Assembly (NCBI GenBank): GCA_049724395.1
Contig: JAUGWO010000007.1
Coordinates: 62,001-126,000, forward strand
Length of the DNA: 64,000 bases
Direction of reading: 5' to 3'
Origin: Spongospora subterranea f. sp. subterranea
Lineage: Eukaryota
The notes under the pieces: generated by a model
What the model was told of the DNA's origin: nothing
Databases searched by the model: none
The model's input: only the letters and a program-made list of their open reading frames with translations
Part shown: piece after piece, positions 1 to 13,781 of the stretch
How positions within the stretch are numbered: the stretch's first letter is position 1
Layout: every line of letters starts with the position of its first letter
Position numbers and translations under genes: made by a program

Positions 1-1571
1 GCTGATGGCTGTGAACGATGAAGTTCAAGAATGTGCTGCAGACCAAATAACATCTTTTTGTCCAAGTTCTGCCTCTGACATTAAGCCGCTCGTGAGGTCG
101 TCAACAAAGGCGTCGTCAAGGAGCACTTCCGAGCCGCTACTCACTACTTTGGTACTTGCACCGACAATTCCTCTGGCACTTGTACTTATTCAATTCTAAA
201 TATAGCTTTCAAAAGGGAACCAGGCGTCGCATATTGTTTGTAGCGACAACCATACTTCATCTGTCACTAGCGCCGATGCAGATCCGGCAACCTCACTCGG
301 ACCAGGCAATGTCTCCACCGAAGAGCTGTTCGATTTACATCATCAGCAAGTCAGCGCTTGCAATGCGATCGACAACAGTGCTAAATTGTGATTTAGTTTG
401 AACATTTACAGCGCCAAGTAGCGTCGCTACGAGAATCTCTGCGCTCAAAACACCCCTCGTATTTTGTTACTGTTGCTACGAATACGGATAACGATGAGAT
501 GAATCATTTGCCGGATGCTGGCACCCAAGTCGAATGTATCAACGACTCAAAAACGACATATTCATCACAAAACTCTGAAAATTCGTCCAGTTTAGTTGCT
601 CCTCCAGGGCGTTTTAGTGACGTTGGTAGGTATGCATTTTTCAGTTTTCAGCCCTTAGTAATGATTTGATTAGGAAAGGAATACGAAACAGAGAGAGCAT
701 CGGACATCAGTTGCAAAAACAATCCGGAATCCGAACTCTCTGCTGTAACACCCATCAACCAGAATTCTTCTTCGGAGGCGTGCACCGGAATTTCTGTGGA
801 AGAGGTTCTTCAAATTTCTGCTGAAGCATGTAGCACAGAGATCAAACCGAATGTTTTTTCGTGCATGAGTTTTCACGATGTATCTCAATCTGATGGTGAT
901 GGCATCGACATGCCAAGGCCAGAAAATCAGGATCACTCACTCTCTGAAACTTCTGTGCAGTTTTCGAATGAACCACAATTTGGAGATCGCGACGAGGTTT
1001 CTGCAGCTTTTGACGTGAGTGAGATCACGAGGAAACCGGTGATGACTCCTGATCAAGTGCTAAGTCAACGCCGCGAAGAAACTCGCAGTGTTTCTTCACG
1101 ACGATCAATTACCTCTGATATTTGCAGTGGAAGTTCGTCAAATACTTCTGCAGGTGCAAGCCGCAACGAATATGTTCCCAATGATTCATCACATCAGGGC
1201 TTTTCACTCAAAGATTCAAATTTTTTATCGGGCGCTGGCTTCCCAAAAAGTTCGTTTGCTGTGTGTTTTCACGTTATACTGACATACTGAATTTTCATAA
1301 TTACAGCATCTCTCTCACCTCGATCAAATTGCCAATTTGATCAGGATAGCTACATTCCGAGAATTGAATTTGTTTCTTATGCTGATTCATCAGATGAGGT
1401 AGGAGAATGTCTTCTGTGTTTCTCAGCAAAAGTTAATCCCGCCCTTAGGATGATGAAATCACTCGCAAATATTTGGGATCATGCATAGATGAACCAACTG
1501 CCAGCGAAAATGACGAAGATTTCAGAGAGCTCAGATTGTCAGAAGTCCTCTGTCACGATACAAATACATAA
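1..1571 (+). CDS. 3' part of an uncharacterised Ser-rich multi-exon protein (starts upstream of the window)
   Basis: Low-complexity Ser/Glu-rich ORFs (5-199, 796-1290) separated by GT-AG intron-like gaps. The last exon after AG at 1448 reads DDEITRKYLG...VLCHDTNT* with TAA at 1569-1571. Confidence 0.5.
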
Positions 1572-1593
1572 GTATATTATACATTTATATGTT

Positions 1594-3022
1594 TTATTCA
1601 AGCATTCCGACAAACGCCATCAACGCAATTCCGGTCAACATCGCGGCCATTTGTTTGATCGATTGAGCTACAGTATCTTTTTTCAAAAGCTCTGGGATGA
1701 TGGTGGTCATTGCAATGTAAAGGAATCCCCCGGCTGTCAAAGGCAATATCTAAACATGAACTTAATCACTGGTGAAATGAAGAAATCAATAGTTTACCCA
1801 AGTTGTACTTGCAGTAGTGCCTTCTGACAATAGACCAATTATTGTCCCTATCAAAGCACCTGTAGCTGTCCAAACCTGCAGCATAATCGCTTTCTTCCTG
1901 GACATTCCTGCTTGAATTAGAATGGCGAAATCACCAATTTCATGCGGAATTTCATGGAAAAGGATGGCAACGACCGTTAAAAAGCCAAGACGCGAGTCCG
2001 CAAGAAAGGATGCTCCAATTGCAAGCCCTGGAAAAATTGAGACCCTTTCTACTCCAACAATTTGTTTGGAGACTTTACCATCAGTAAAATTATGAGCGAA
2101 ATCAGCAGCAAGATTAAGGTAGGCGGCTACAGCAAAATTATTATCGTTGTTTTTACCCTGTGAACTTCTATGTAGCTCAGTTTCGGATTGCTCAGATTTG
2201 GTTTCGAATGGCACAGAAGCTGGTTTTTTAGAATTCTTTCTTGCGCGAAGGGTATCTGGGACAGGAGCAATCGGAGCCGACAAACCTGGCGGAATTGTTG
2301 TTGCTTCGCTGTGAGAATGACCATGAGAATTCTCCGAAGCAAGGCAGAGTATCGATTTTTCGATGACTAAAAAGATAATAATTCCTGCAACTACCCATTG
2401 GCCTGATGAGCCATGGCTATGTTGCTCCTCATTATTATGGACATCATCGTCATGCGAATGGGCTGAATGCGGCAACAAATGAAGAAAAACATCCCCGAGC
2501 AGACCCCCAGCAGCAAATGCCAATAAAACCTTCAGATGTTTCTGCCCGGTGGAGGTTAGAGACGTTTCTAAAGGTATAAAATATATAAGCACAACAGGGG
2601 CAAGCCCAATCAGCACCGTTGAGCATAGAGCCTTAAGCCAAACATCATATGTGGATTCTGTCGCGGGTGCAAAAACCCCAAAACCTTGATTATGTTCAAA
2701 GTCGGGATTTCTGGGGATACCTGTTCCACATAATAAGTGTAAATCGCACAGAGCCAATTTAGACGGGACGTAATTTACCGTCATGAGTTTTTTGTGTGAA
2801 CTCTGAATTCCGTTGAAAATGTTTATGGTGAACGGCGCCATGTTGATGTACACCAGAACCATGCCAGTCAGCGACGCTGTGCTTATGGTGAGAATGACCA
2901 TGTGAACCCCCATGTGAATGTCCATGTGGATGTCCTTGGACAATACTAGTTGCCAGAACCAGAATAATCAGCTTGTGAAGTAAGGATACCCCATGCAGCA
3001 ATGGCAAGTCGAGACGCGCCAT
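1594..3022 (-). CDS. SLC39A7: ZIP (LIV-1/KE4, SLC39A7-like) zinc transporter
   Basis: Signal peptide and His-rich N-terminus (HPHGHSHGGSHGHSHH), LLAFAAGGLLGDVFLHLLPH, ADFAHNFTDG, HEIPHEIGDFAIL, terminal exon LPLTAGGFLYIA...GMLE*. Three short introns. Confidence 0.93.
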
Positions 3023-3284
3023 TATATTACAGTATGATGTTATGAATAAACGAAGGCCGTTTACATTACTCTACTGTACTGTATGTGCAATGAACCGGTG
3101 AATACTGTGAGTCTGTCAGTATCTACAGGGGCATATGTGTGTCATAAATCATGGGCCTGGACCCGACCCTACGGTAGGATTCTGGCACCAGGGATCTCTC
3201 CATCTTGCTGGTCAATCAACCCCGCGACCTATTCAAGCAAAACCCTCGAAACACGTTGTATATACACATAAAAATATTTGGTAT

Positions 3285-6200
3285 TCATTGGTTTTGCCTC
3301 TGAATTGCTTTCAGTGCTGCCAGTTCACGCTCAACTTCAACTCTCCGTTGGCGCTCTTCCTTCAGTTGCTTCTCTAGTTTTGTGATAATGTCGGTATTTG
3401 AGTCTCCGGACATAGGGTCTCGTCTAGACAAAGAAGCAGTTCGTTTCTGGAACATACCCGAGATACGTGTGGAGATTCCTTTGCGAGAAACAGATTGGCT
3501 CCTGAACGCGCCCGGTGCTGTGCTGAGCGACACGCTTTCTTTCAAATCTACAATCTGAGGAATAGCTGATGAGGCATGCATAGCGATATGTCTGGCTCTG
3601 CTTGCGCGAATTGAATCACTCTCGGAAATCCATCTGGACTGCGGAGGGCTTGGAAGTTCTTGCATTTCTTGCGTACTTGATCGCGAAATTAGTTCATTTT
3701 GTGACGCAATTCTAAACCCATACTTAGGTGCGCGTATATGTTGTCCGGTAAATAAACTGTAGATATCGTCCCCTGCGATTTCCCCATCAGTATCACCGCT
3801 ACATTGTGGAACTGCAAGTCCAGGTTTGAGAAAAATCGATTCCAGATTCCACTTGATATTCAGCATAAGAATGTTAACAGATTTCGCCTGATACCTCGAT
3901 TTGATATTCGCGTCTCCTATGGATTCCACAATGTAGTTGACACCAGCTTGAAACGTCGAATGGCCTTGCGAATGTTTCATCGATGTTACGGCTCGTACTG
4001 TGGCACACTCACAGAGCAATAATATTTCGGAAGGACCCAGCAGCCGGATTTGAGCTTCGTATCGTAACGTAATTCGGCGAGAAATGTTTTCCGAAAAATC
4101 CAAAATCCAGCACGCGTTGTCAGGAGTTCCTTCAGCAATAGAAGTTATGTAGTTTTTTACAGCTGAGGGCAAAATATGACTGTGAGAAACTTCATTTGTT
4201 CTCATCGCGAAAGAATTGCGGCCAAGTACACATGCCAGAATCAGGTCGCACAAATTCAGCTGAAAACCACGATAGAAACTGAAAAGGGAGACATTTTCGT
4301 GCAGATAATGCTTTGCATCAAGGCTACGATGCTTTTGAAAGACATCTTCGCAAACTTGAACTTTCACCTCTTCATATTCATGCCCCAGTGAAGCCCGATC
4401 GGCACAAAGTCGATCCATCTTACCAATAATTCCCGCAATCTCTGAAGAAACAACATTGAGCTCAGTCAGCAACGTCTCTCTGATGCTGGGAATCGACAAC
4501 AGAGTTGTCAACGAATTTGTTGCCCAGATCGGCGTCTGCAAGATCATGAACTTATATTGGTCTTCTAGTTTGTTAGAGATTGCCAATATATCTTCAACTC
4601 TTGAAAGCGATAACTTCTCATCAAACACCTTCATTGATTGGCGAATAGTTAATTGCATTGCATCAATATTAGCCTTAAAAGAAACCAAAGATGTTTGCTG
4701 CACTGGGCTTGCAATATGAGCAGTTGGCTTTGACCCAGGCGAACGAGCATCTACACTATGCTGCATTACAAAGTGCGACGAGTTACAGCCAATTCAGTGG
4801 AAAATATACCTAAATCTTTCCAGGGACAGGCGTCGGTTTGTTGTTGCATACTCTTTAATTTGTCCGAACCCTGGAGTTTGAGTCTCTTGCGAAACCTTTA
4901 TCTCGCCTATAAATGGATTGGCTCGTCCTGCCTAATGATCAAATTAGAAGCTTTTTTGTAAATAGTCATGCCTCGCTAACATTCAAAAGGCTAGACACTG
5001 TTGATGGAGAAAAATTATTCTGAAGCAAGTAGATCTCACGAAGATTTGAAGTTGTCGTAAGAACCGGAATTAGGGCCGCTGCTTCCACGTCGCCCATATT
5101 GGTCCCATTAAGACTCAACGACCGGAGTGTATTGTTGCTATTGAGTGCAGCGAAAAAAACCGAATACGCGCCAGCAAGAAATTCGCTATTGTCCATGGAC
5201 AATTCTAACAATCCCCTAAACCAAAACGAGTTATAAACCATTCGTTACTTGCAATTTGAGCATTATACGTATTCTGGATCAGCATTTTCGACAAAGCAGC
5301 TACAGCATGGGTCCCCAACTGCATACTTTGCAACTTCAGACTTGTTACATGTCGATTATCGTTTCGAAATAGCTGCTTCGCAATAAATAGTGCCTGTTCC
5401 AAAGAAAATAAGCTATGATTCATATTTCGGGATTTATATTACCTCTTCGTCAGTAAGGCGGCCATTGCTGAATTCCCATGCGGTTGATTTTGATGCCAGA
5501 AAATCATTCGTTCTGTCAATATTCTGACCATATATGTATCAATGGAAGTGACCCTCAGCAGCTGCATAGTTTTTACCGTCAGTATCTGATTCATGATCGC
5601 TAGCCGGGGTGATACTGCTGATTGCACCAATTTAGCTGGCAGAATTTTTGGAATTGCTGTCAACTTCAATTTTACTAACTTCGCCAAATGCATTGCTATC
5701 ACAAATTGATCTTCATTCAGTCTATACATTACGATTAATGGACCAATGTGGCTCGGAAAGTGTTGTTTACGATTGGTTGCGGTCGAGGTCAGCCACCGTA
5801 AAAATAGAGACAAGAGTCTCTTGTGGAAGGTTGCACCCGCCCATGGATGCAGCGGCATCCATGAACGACATTTCATAGGCGCTGCATACGGTCTTGAAGA
5901 ACTGGGAATATCCCTGTCTATCCGACGCTAAGACAGTCCACATTGCGTCTTCAGGATCAGCAATTCCGATCATCGGCGTCGCTACGTCCGTAATTCCAGT
6001 GAAGCGAGGCAGTGGTACGTCTAATTCAATTTAGAAAAAACTATCGAAAGCCACACTTGCGCCTACTTGTTGTTGTATTCTGGACGATTTCTGGCGACGG
6101 AAAAATGCCTCCTTGAGCAATTGCAATCATTCGCAGAGCAATAAAAAACCGATCACGCTGAACGATACCATTGTCCACCACCAAGGAAAACCTCCAAATC

Positions 6201-6392
6201 TGGGATTAGATCTTAGTCGAATGCCTTACAGAATTTTATGTCAGGAGATACGTAGGCCAGTGTTTCACGGGGAAGGTCTGTCCGGGTGAACAGTTCGACC
6301 ACCGCTCGGGCCTGATCTGGTGCAACTGTTAACCGGGCAAAAAGGTTGCCATAAAACTGAGTTTCGGCAGTTGCCAGATTGAGCAAGGACAT
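3285..6392 (-). CDS. Multi-exon protein: two N-terminal EH (Eps15-homology) domains, RI-like LRRs, long C-terminal region ending in a coiled coil
   Basis: EH-like FYGNLFARL...LFTRTDLPRETLAY-IW...FFIALRMIA and LPQETLVSIFTVADLDRNQ-LNEDQFVIAMHL. LRR NNTLRSLSLNGTNMGDVEAAAL. ORF 3285-4766 ends LEKQLKEERQRRVEVERELAAL. Joining into one gene is inferred from intron-like gaps. Confidence 0.65.
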
Positions 6393-6613
6393 GACCTTTG
6401 TGCCAGCTATTTCTAACAACGTTTTCACGAGCAAACACAATTCTGGGAAGGTGTACACTGGAATGAATCAGAAAATCTAGATAAATCCGTTCACTGAAAG
6501 CATATCGTTACACGAGGCAAGGTGGTTGATTTTCACCCCCCTTTTATCACAAATATAAATATATATAGGTATTGATATAGGTTTAACTTTGAATATATGG
6601 TGTGAAGCCTTCA

Positions 6614-9600
6614 TCACTCGACCTTGTCTTGCCTGTTCAGAAACACTTCCTGCTTGTCTATCTCCTGCTTGTAGGAATCCATAACGTATATGATGGTTGC
6701 AACAACCCAAAGGAAAAACGTGATGGCCGGGAAGATGGCAATTGACCTATAAAAAAAAACGTCAGATAGATAGCGTAGATGGGTGGCAGTAACAGACCTC
6801 GGCGCCCAGATTAAAAGTACAATGGCAAAGGTTGCCATTGCCACAGTAGTTAAAGAATAGAATTTTTGTGGCGCCAGAATGATCGGACCAATAAGAAATG
6901 TCCAGTTTGATAGGATGAAGAGGACGTAATCAACGAGATGGTACAAAGACCCAAATATGTTGATATGCGCGTGAGATGACCAGTGTGGGATACAGGCAGG
7001 CATTAAACCTGCAACGATTTAATAGCCATCAAGCCAAAATCGACATCATGCTACTTTACCAATATAGACGATCAACCATGAACAACGCAATACCCGAGGA
7101 ATTATTGGGTAACCCGATTCGATTTTGCCAATCCCATTAAAGAGAAATTGGATGAAAGCGGCGGTTACGATTATTACAGAATAGAGCAACGCAGAATGCA
7201 GGAAGTATACTGGCAATGTAATTGTGAATATGATTGCAACTAGACATAAAGAATGAGAATGATATGCCAATTGCGGCGTGTTAGCCAGCCTGGTACATAC
7301 GTGAGCGAATTTTAGCAAACTGATCGAGAGGAATGTGCGAAAGAACAGTAAGCGATAGGGCCGGATGCAACATTAAGTTCAGCAGCAAATCTGGAATTAA
7401 CGCTAAGTAATGCAAATTATGGATCTGATGTTTTATGGCAGACCTAAGCTGAAAATAACGGCTATGCATGTAGCCAGAATAGTCCACAGTGAATGGGAAG
7501 CAGGTAAAGGGATTGATGATCCAGGACCTCCTAATGTGAGAAGTAATGTCAACGAATAGCTATTACTGCGTTAACTAATAGTTACGGTTGGGAATTCGGT
7601 AATCAAGGGCGACAGGTAAAAGTACGGCAACAGCAGCACATATTATTACGAGTTCCTGGATATTGTCGAGGATAAGTGAATGCAAAGATTTCAATTTTCG
7701 AGGCTCCACAGGTTCTAATTTAGGTTAGGATAAACGTGAAGCGTAATCTGACACTTATTACTGATTTGAATGCAGATAAGAAAAAACACCATTGCAAGAA
7801 TAATTTGAGGCATCTGCAAATTCCGTCAGTAATAATTGTAAGGCAGATATAATTATGGCTCACAATTGCAAAATCATGAAACAGAGTAGAGAGAACTGAC
7901 GAAAGCCATTGAGGCTGAAGAACAATCTGCATACAACGTTGGCAGTGCAGATAAAGCATGGCGAGCAGAGCTTACCTTATATCGGCATTTGGGATCAAGA
8001 GAGAAAAACATATTTATTCGATTGGAAACTGTTGATGTCCTGTAAAACCGAACTGTCTAAGAGAAGCAAACTTTCGGCTCAAAAACAGACGTAGAATTTT
8101 CATGTGAAACAATGCTGTTAACTTTGGAGACTCGGTGAAAAACCATAGCTCCCTGACGGAACTCTGCGTTGTCTGATGTTAATAGGCCAAAAGCTGAAAT
8201 CTCGTTTTGACCTACACGACTTCAGTCAGAAAATAAAGCCAAAGGATGCACTTGATTTTACTTGAACACTCAAGCGACTCTATTAGCACATCGAAGAACA
8301 AATCAGAGAGCAGCTGCGCTCCAAGAGATATCATGGCACCAGATGTTTCTTCAAACGTGTATTCTCCCCAATGACCTGGTTAGAGTCAGCAATATATTGC
8401 ACAGGTGCTCTTTATAAAACCTGGAATCGCGACAAAATTTTGGTAAAACGTTCCCCAGGCTTTGCAAGACGAATTCGTCACATTATCGCTCTGCAAGTTC
8501 AGCAATATGAATTCTCCATCTACATGAAGAAAATAAGAAGCATATGGATATGTTCTTAACAATTATACCAGAGAACTGAAGATCTTCGAAGACCGTGATT
8601 GACCGAAACTCGCCAATACTTGAATTGAACTCAAATGATTCAGAAAATAGAAGATCCTTTCGATATAAATTCAAAGGCAGTTACTGATATGCAAACATCA
8701 TTACTTCACAATATGTCGATGAGCAGATACTAATCGATTCTGCCTGAAGAGTTGAATATATCATGGTAGTTGCGGCCCAGGGCCTGACAAGACTTAATCA
8801 TTCATATGAAACTTGATTGACTAGGGACACACCAAGAGGGAAGTGGGATCTTCACCTGGCATGAACTGCCCTCAGAAAGTATTTCGAAATTCACTCGAGG
8901 CTGGAACTTGGATAAATCAGATGAACATTGAGCAAACTTCAGCGTAACCCACATACGCTGGAGTCATCGTAAGTCTTACTTAGTTGTGAGGCAAGAACCA
9001 TATTAACCGCCTCAAGCCATGGATAAGAAAACCTATTGCAACCATTTAAGTGACGATTTTTCTCGTAAAACAACAGAAACGACCTGGACTTTTCTCGTTG
9101 CGAAATGTCATTTCTCCTTTCTTTTCGTTGAATAGAAGAAGAGGCCTCAAGATCAATCAAGGCGATTACTGAGCTTGCGATAACCTCGACCAACTCAGAG
9201 CACCACACAAGTACCTAAAGCAATGCGTTGATAAAAATGACGATGATGACGCGTGAGAACTGACTTGATGCTCCACTGATACATCAACTGTAGGAATTTC
9301 AGAAGCAACTACTGAGATGGAATGTGGTCCATTGAATATTCCCGTTAAGTCAGACAGGCAGCTTTCGACAAGAAGGTCATTCATCCCTCCAGATACAGCT
9401 ACACAGAATAATGAATCTAAATCTGCAGAAATTTCAGCATCACAAACGAACTAAAATACGACAAAACGTCATCATACTCCCAGACTTCTGCAAAATCCAA
9501 AAACGCCGATGATTATCGTAAAAATCATGTAAAGCGAATTCTGTGGTCAATACGGGGGTCCTGATCGGATATGTAAGAACTTTGACATTGACAGTTTGGA

Positions 9601-10489
9601 AAAGTAAACTGCTTCGACCTGATAGGGCTTCCTAGAATATACATCGACGAAACCAGATCCGATGGGAAGCTAGGTTGAGTGAACATAGCAGTGGCAACAG
9701 TTCCTCCCATACTATGTCCAATCAATATAATCGAAATCTCCGACTGCAACAATTAAGTTGAAATTTGAGTATTCAATTAAGATCAGACGAACTCGGTGTA
9801 TATCAAGAGATTTCATTCGCATTTCTACAAGAGAAGAAATGGCATCTGACGCGTATTCAACCTGGGATTGCATCGAATATGCGGAAAGTGCTGAGAATTC
9901 TTCACCAAAATCAAACGTATAATGCTCAATGGCATCCGTCTGAAATTAAATCAGTACATGAGCGTGTTCGTATGTGAACACTCTACCAAAACCCCTTCAG
10001 GAATCTTCCTAATTATTCGAGAGGCGATTGATCGAATTTGCTTATAGCTGCCAACGTTGCCAGGGAAAAAAATGATCAACGTCAAAGAATTCACAATTCT
10101 GCTCTAAAAAAACAGGGTCAACATCCAGAACATAATCGATTGATATTGCATACAATGCTATAGCGGGCGAAACCGTCTGTATAGGCAAACAATCCATATT
10201 GCTTGGGAGGCAACGTGGTGAAGGATGAAGGAGGCAATAACATCCTAGCGTATCTTGGCTTAGAATATGACATTTGACACGACCCACTGTTAGATGACAT
10301 AAGCAGACAGGATAATACTACCAAACCAGCTGCGATTAGAATGCTTAAAATCGCCAGCAAGGTAGCCAACCTGCGAGAACCACATTTTTTAGAGTCCGGA
10401 AATGCATCAAAACCTCTTCCAGCCAAAGATAACTTTGACGAACTCGAGGAAATTTGGCTTGCCTACCTGCGTATATGCGAGATAAGCAT
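6614..10489 (-). CDS. PGAP1: GPI inositol-deacylase (PGAP1/Bst1), many exons; start approximate
   Basis: N-terminal TM followed by CQMSY, then IIFFPGNVGSYKQIRSIA, lipase box LIGHSMGG (9525-9752 ORF), and several C-terminal TM segments (7046-7318, 6614-7003). Confidence 0.88.
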
Positions 10490-12566
10490 AGTTATTTTGA
10501 TGTTAGGCGAAATATGATATGGATCGGTTCGTTTGAACCCTTCATCGCTAATGCAGAGAGGAACTTACCCGAGTCAAACCATGTACACTAATGATGAGGT
10601 AACGCAAGCGGTGGATTTGAACAACAGCGCAGCCGAGAACACCTCTGTTTGACAGATCCGCCACCAAGACCCTTATAGCGGAAACGCCTCAAATGCATCC
10701 GATGTGGCACTCTACAAATAAACCCAGGCTTGCATCGATATGGCCATGCGTGAAAATATGGGCACACCCTGTAATGGCTTTATTAGCCTGAATACTGACG
10801 TGGGTCCAAAACCCTTAGGACCCACGAGTCACTCCATTGGTCTTCCGACCCAATGCATATGATCAAATCGCATTGGGCTGTGTCCCTGCCAAAATCTCGT
10901 CGAGCCGAGCTCGAGAGCACAGGTTTTATATACGATTTAATAAACCACCTGCTGCTTCGCGTGGGGATTTTGCTACAGAGAACTGGGACATCCGTCAACT
11001 AAGATTATTGAGTTGAACCTATCGGATGTCTGGTAATGACAGCGATTGCCAATGTACTGTTTGTCTACTCTCAAATTGTGGCCTACGAATTATTTCGAAT
11101 AGATTTTTTGAAGCTTATCAAGGCGAATTATAAAAGCATAAGGCAAGAAAGGATCAGGTTTGATTCGACGACAGAAACAAGGGCGTATACGTTTGTTGGA
11201 TGGAACATCAGCCCGTCGAACAGCTCTCCAATTGAGATCAGTTGACGGACCATGGTTTAGGTGCAATAATGATCGTTGTGCAAGTTTGATGCGTTGACGG
11301 GGTGGTTGAACGATAGGGCATCAATCCAACACGATTCTGCAACAATAATGTGTTTATGCTCCAAAGACGACAAATTATGCAGGTTTAATTTTTTTGAGAA
11401 TTTGGCAAAAAAAAGTTTGACCTTACAACGTTTTATCTGCCATGACGAGAGCAGAACATGATTTGAATCCAATCTTTAAGAATTAGAAAATAAAGGGCAC
11501 CTTGATTGGACAATAAACATGGGCGCAAATGATTCTGTAGCTGTTCAAATTATTTCGGAGTAAGTTGAAATCGTGCAATCAAATCACTCGAGGCATGCGG
11601 AAATCTGCTGCAAACTTTGCACGAATTATCAGTAGTCCAAGCATGATACAAAAATGGAACTCCATTGATTCAAACCCATCCGTTTTCTGTAAAACCCTTC
11701 TCCGACTTCTGAACCAGATAACACGAACGCCACCGCACCAAATGATATTTTGATATTAGCCGCCCACACGAGTTTTCATCTTAATTGTTATGACAGAAAT
11801 AAACCTTATTTGTTACTTTCGCTGATGTACATCATTTTATAGTATATGCTTCATGACATCCCTCAGCTTCAGATGGATTCCATGAGATTATATATTTGCC
11901 CTTGTTTAATGAAAATCCATTCGAGTACAATTTTCTGTCTGCTTACACGTTCAATTTTAAATTATCAATCAGCACTGTGCAGTTAATGCCAAAACGGTTT
12001 CGCGTCAACATCATGCTATATAATATTCGGCGAACTAATTCAGGAAATTATGATTTGTTACCGAACAAACGGTTGGAAATTATCGTCCAAGAGTGCTGGT
12101 TGTCGATCCTAGCTCAATTCTTGAGTGTGCGTGTTATCAGACACGTGGCTTTATTTACTTTCAGCTCATGCTGGTGAATAATTCGGCGTGATCCTCGCCC
12201 CACAGGGAGCCGCGATAGAATCGCCAGTAAATGAAAGGTAGTGCAAGGAGTTGAGAGTGTGGGCTCCTTTCGATTATGATTCTCAAAATCAGCAGCACTT
12301 GTGTCTGTATCATGCAGGTTTGATATCTCAGGGGCGCGAAACTCTTTGGATGAACCACTGCCCAAGTAATTGCATTTTTCCTAAAGAAATTACAATCTGG
12401 TTGGTTCATGCTGATGCTTTCGGTGCTATTGGCAAGATAACAGTGGTCAATCAATGAACCGAGTGGCATTTTTTGAGAAAAATTCAATGCATTTCAGTAG
12501 GTGCAATTGTCCCCCCTCAATGTTAAACGTGGATACAGAACTGTATTAGGATTGGGTTTGTGATAG

Positions 12567-13781
12567 TTAAAAGAATTCTTCATCATCTGACGAATATGGT
12601 GATGATGCATTGATTGCCGATTCTTTGATGCTACCTTGCTTAATTGGCGAATGATCAGTAGTCGCGTGTTGTATTCCCAGCTCCTGCAAGGTGACTGGTA
12701 GACGATAGACGAACGGAGCGAGATATTCACGATCAATGACAGGACGGGAGGCCATATTGTCCACGAATGAGTCGATATCATCTTCAGGACGATACTGCCC
12801 AAGACGATTCTTGACATTGTTAGATACGCCATCAATTGTTCGCCCTAAATCTTTCATCATCGCGGAGTACCTGAGCAGCACTCGCCGTGTTTTCTCGATG
12901 CGGTCCTCTTCCATCTTTTGCAATACCTCCAGCATCCTGGGCCTAGATATTGTAGTCACGTCCCGAATCCACTTGTTGGCTCGATCAACTTCCTCGATAT
13001 ATTTGACCACTTGCAATCGTGCGGTACCGACGATTTTGGCCTGTTTTTTGGAAGGCAATTCCCTGTACGAAGGAAGTAGCATTGGTGTAATGGCTTTACT
13101 GCATCTTAGCTGCTTCCTGGCGATTGACGTTTGCTGCTCCAATAACGGTCGCGATAACCGGTCATTTTCAAGAACGATTTGGTCAAGCTTTCTCAAGTTG
13201 GATTTTTGACGTCGCGTCAAAGGATCGACCAGTCTCATCATACTTATCGACATTCCCTTTGAGCTGGTCGCCCATTGGCGAGATTCTTCAACGGTTTGCA
13301 ACCATATTTCGCGAATGCTGTGCATCCCGTCAACACCGTCATAAACAGCGAATTGAACCATTTCCCGATCAATAATCTTGGCCAACCGATTGGCGAACTG
13401 ATCCTGAAGGCCAGCGACCTCCTTCACGAACTGAGCCACGTGCTGACTGAAATCGATTCCGGTTCGGGTTTGCACAACAACCGATCGTAGATCGTGAACC
13501 AATTCCCGAGCAAAGAGGCCTGATATTGAGGGCATCGATGCCGTCGCGTCTAGCTCAGAATCGCTTGCATGATCATTGATTGCTGATGACGATGACGTTG
13601 ATTGACGATGATCCATGTTACTCGAATCTTCCCGCTTATGAGAAGAATCGGATTTACCAGGAGAACATATATTCCCGATTGTAAGCATCAACAGATGCCT
13701 TGATAGATAACAAAAACTGTAAATTAAAGTTAATGGTGACCCGTGATTCACTAGTATCCATCTCATTTTTTCATGATTCAC
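12567..13781 (-). CDS. F-BAR/FCH-like helical protein; start uncertain
   Basis: 404-aa ORF with FSQHVAQFVKEVAGLQDQFANRLAKI and LEVLQKMEEDRIEKTRRVLLRY, resembling the F-BAR N- and C-terminal helices. Confidence 0.6.
   Translation of the reverse strand: MNHEKMRWILVNHGSPLTLIYSFCYLSRHLLMLTIGNICSPGKSDSSHKREDSSNMDHRQSTSSSSAINDHASDSELDATASMPSISGLFARELVHDLRSVVVQTRTGIDFSQHVAQFVKEVAGLQDQFANRLAKIIDREMVQFAVYDGVDGMHSIREIWLQTVEESRQWATSSKGMSISMMRLVDPLTRRQKSNLRKLDQIVLENDRLSRPLLEQQTSIARKQLRCSKAITPMLLPSYRELPSKKQAKIVGTARLQVVKYIEEVDRANKWIRDVTTISRPRMLEVLQKMEEDRIEKTRRVLLRYSAMMKDLGRTIDGVSNNVKNRLGQYRPEDDIDSFVDNMASRPVIDREYLAPFVYRLPVTLQELGIQHATTDHSPIKQGSIKESAINASSPYSSDDEEFF

Noticed and set aside
1786..3022. Frameshift in the ZIP transporter N-terminus
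   Set aside because: Explained by an ordinary GT-AG intron at ~2721-2778.
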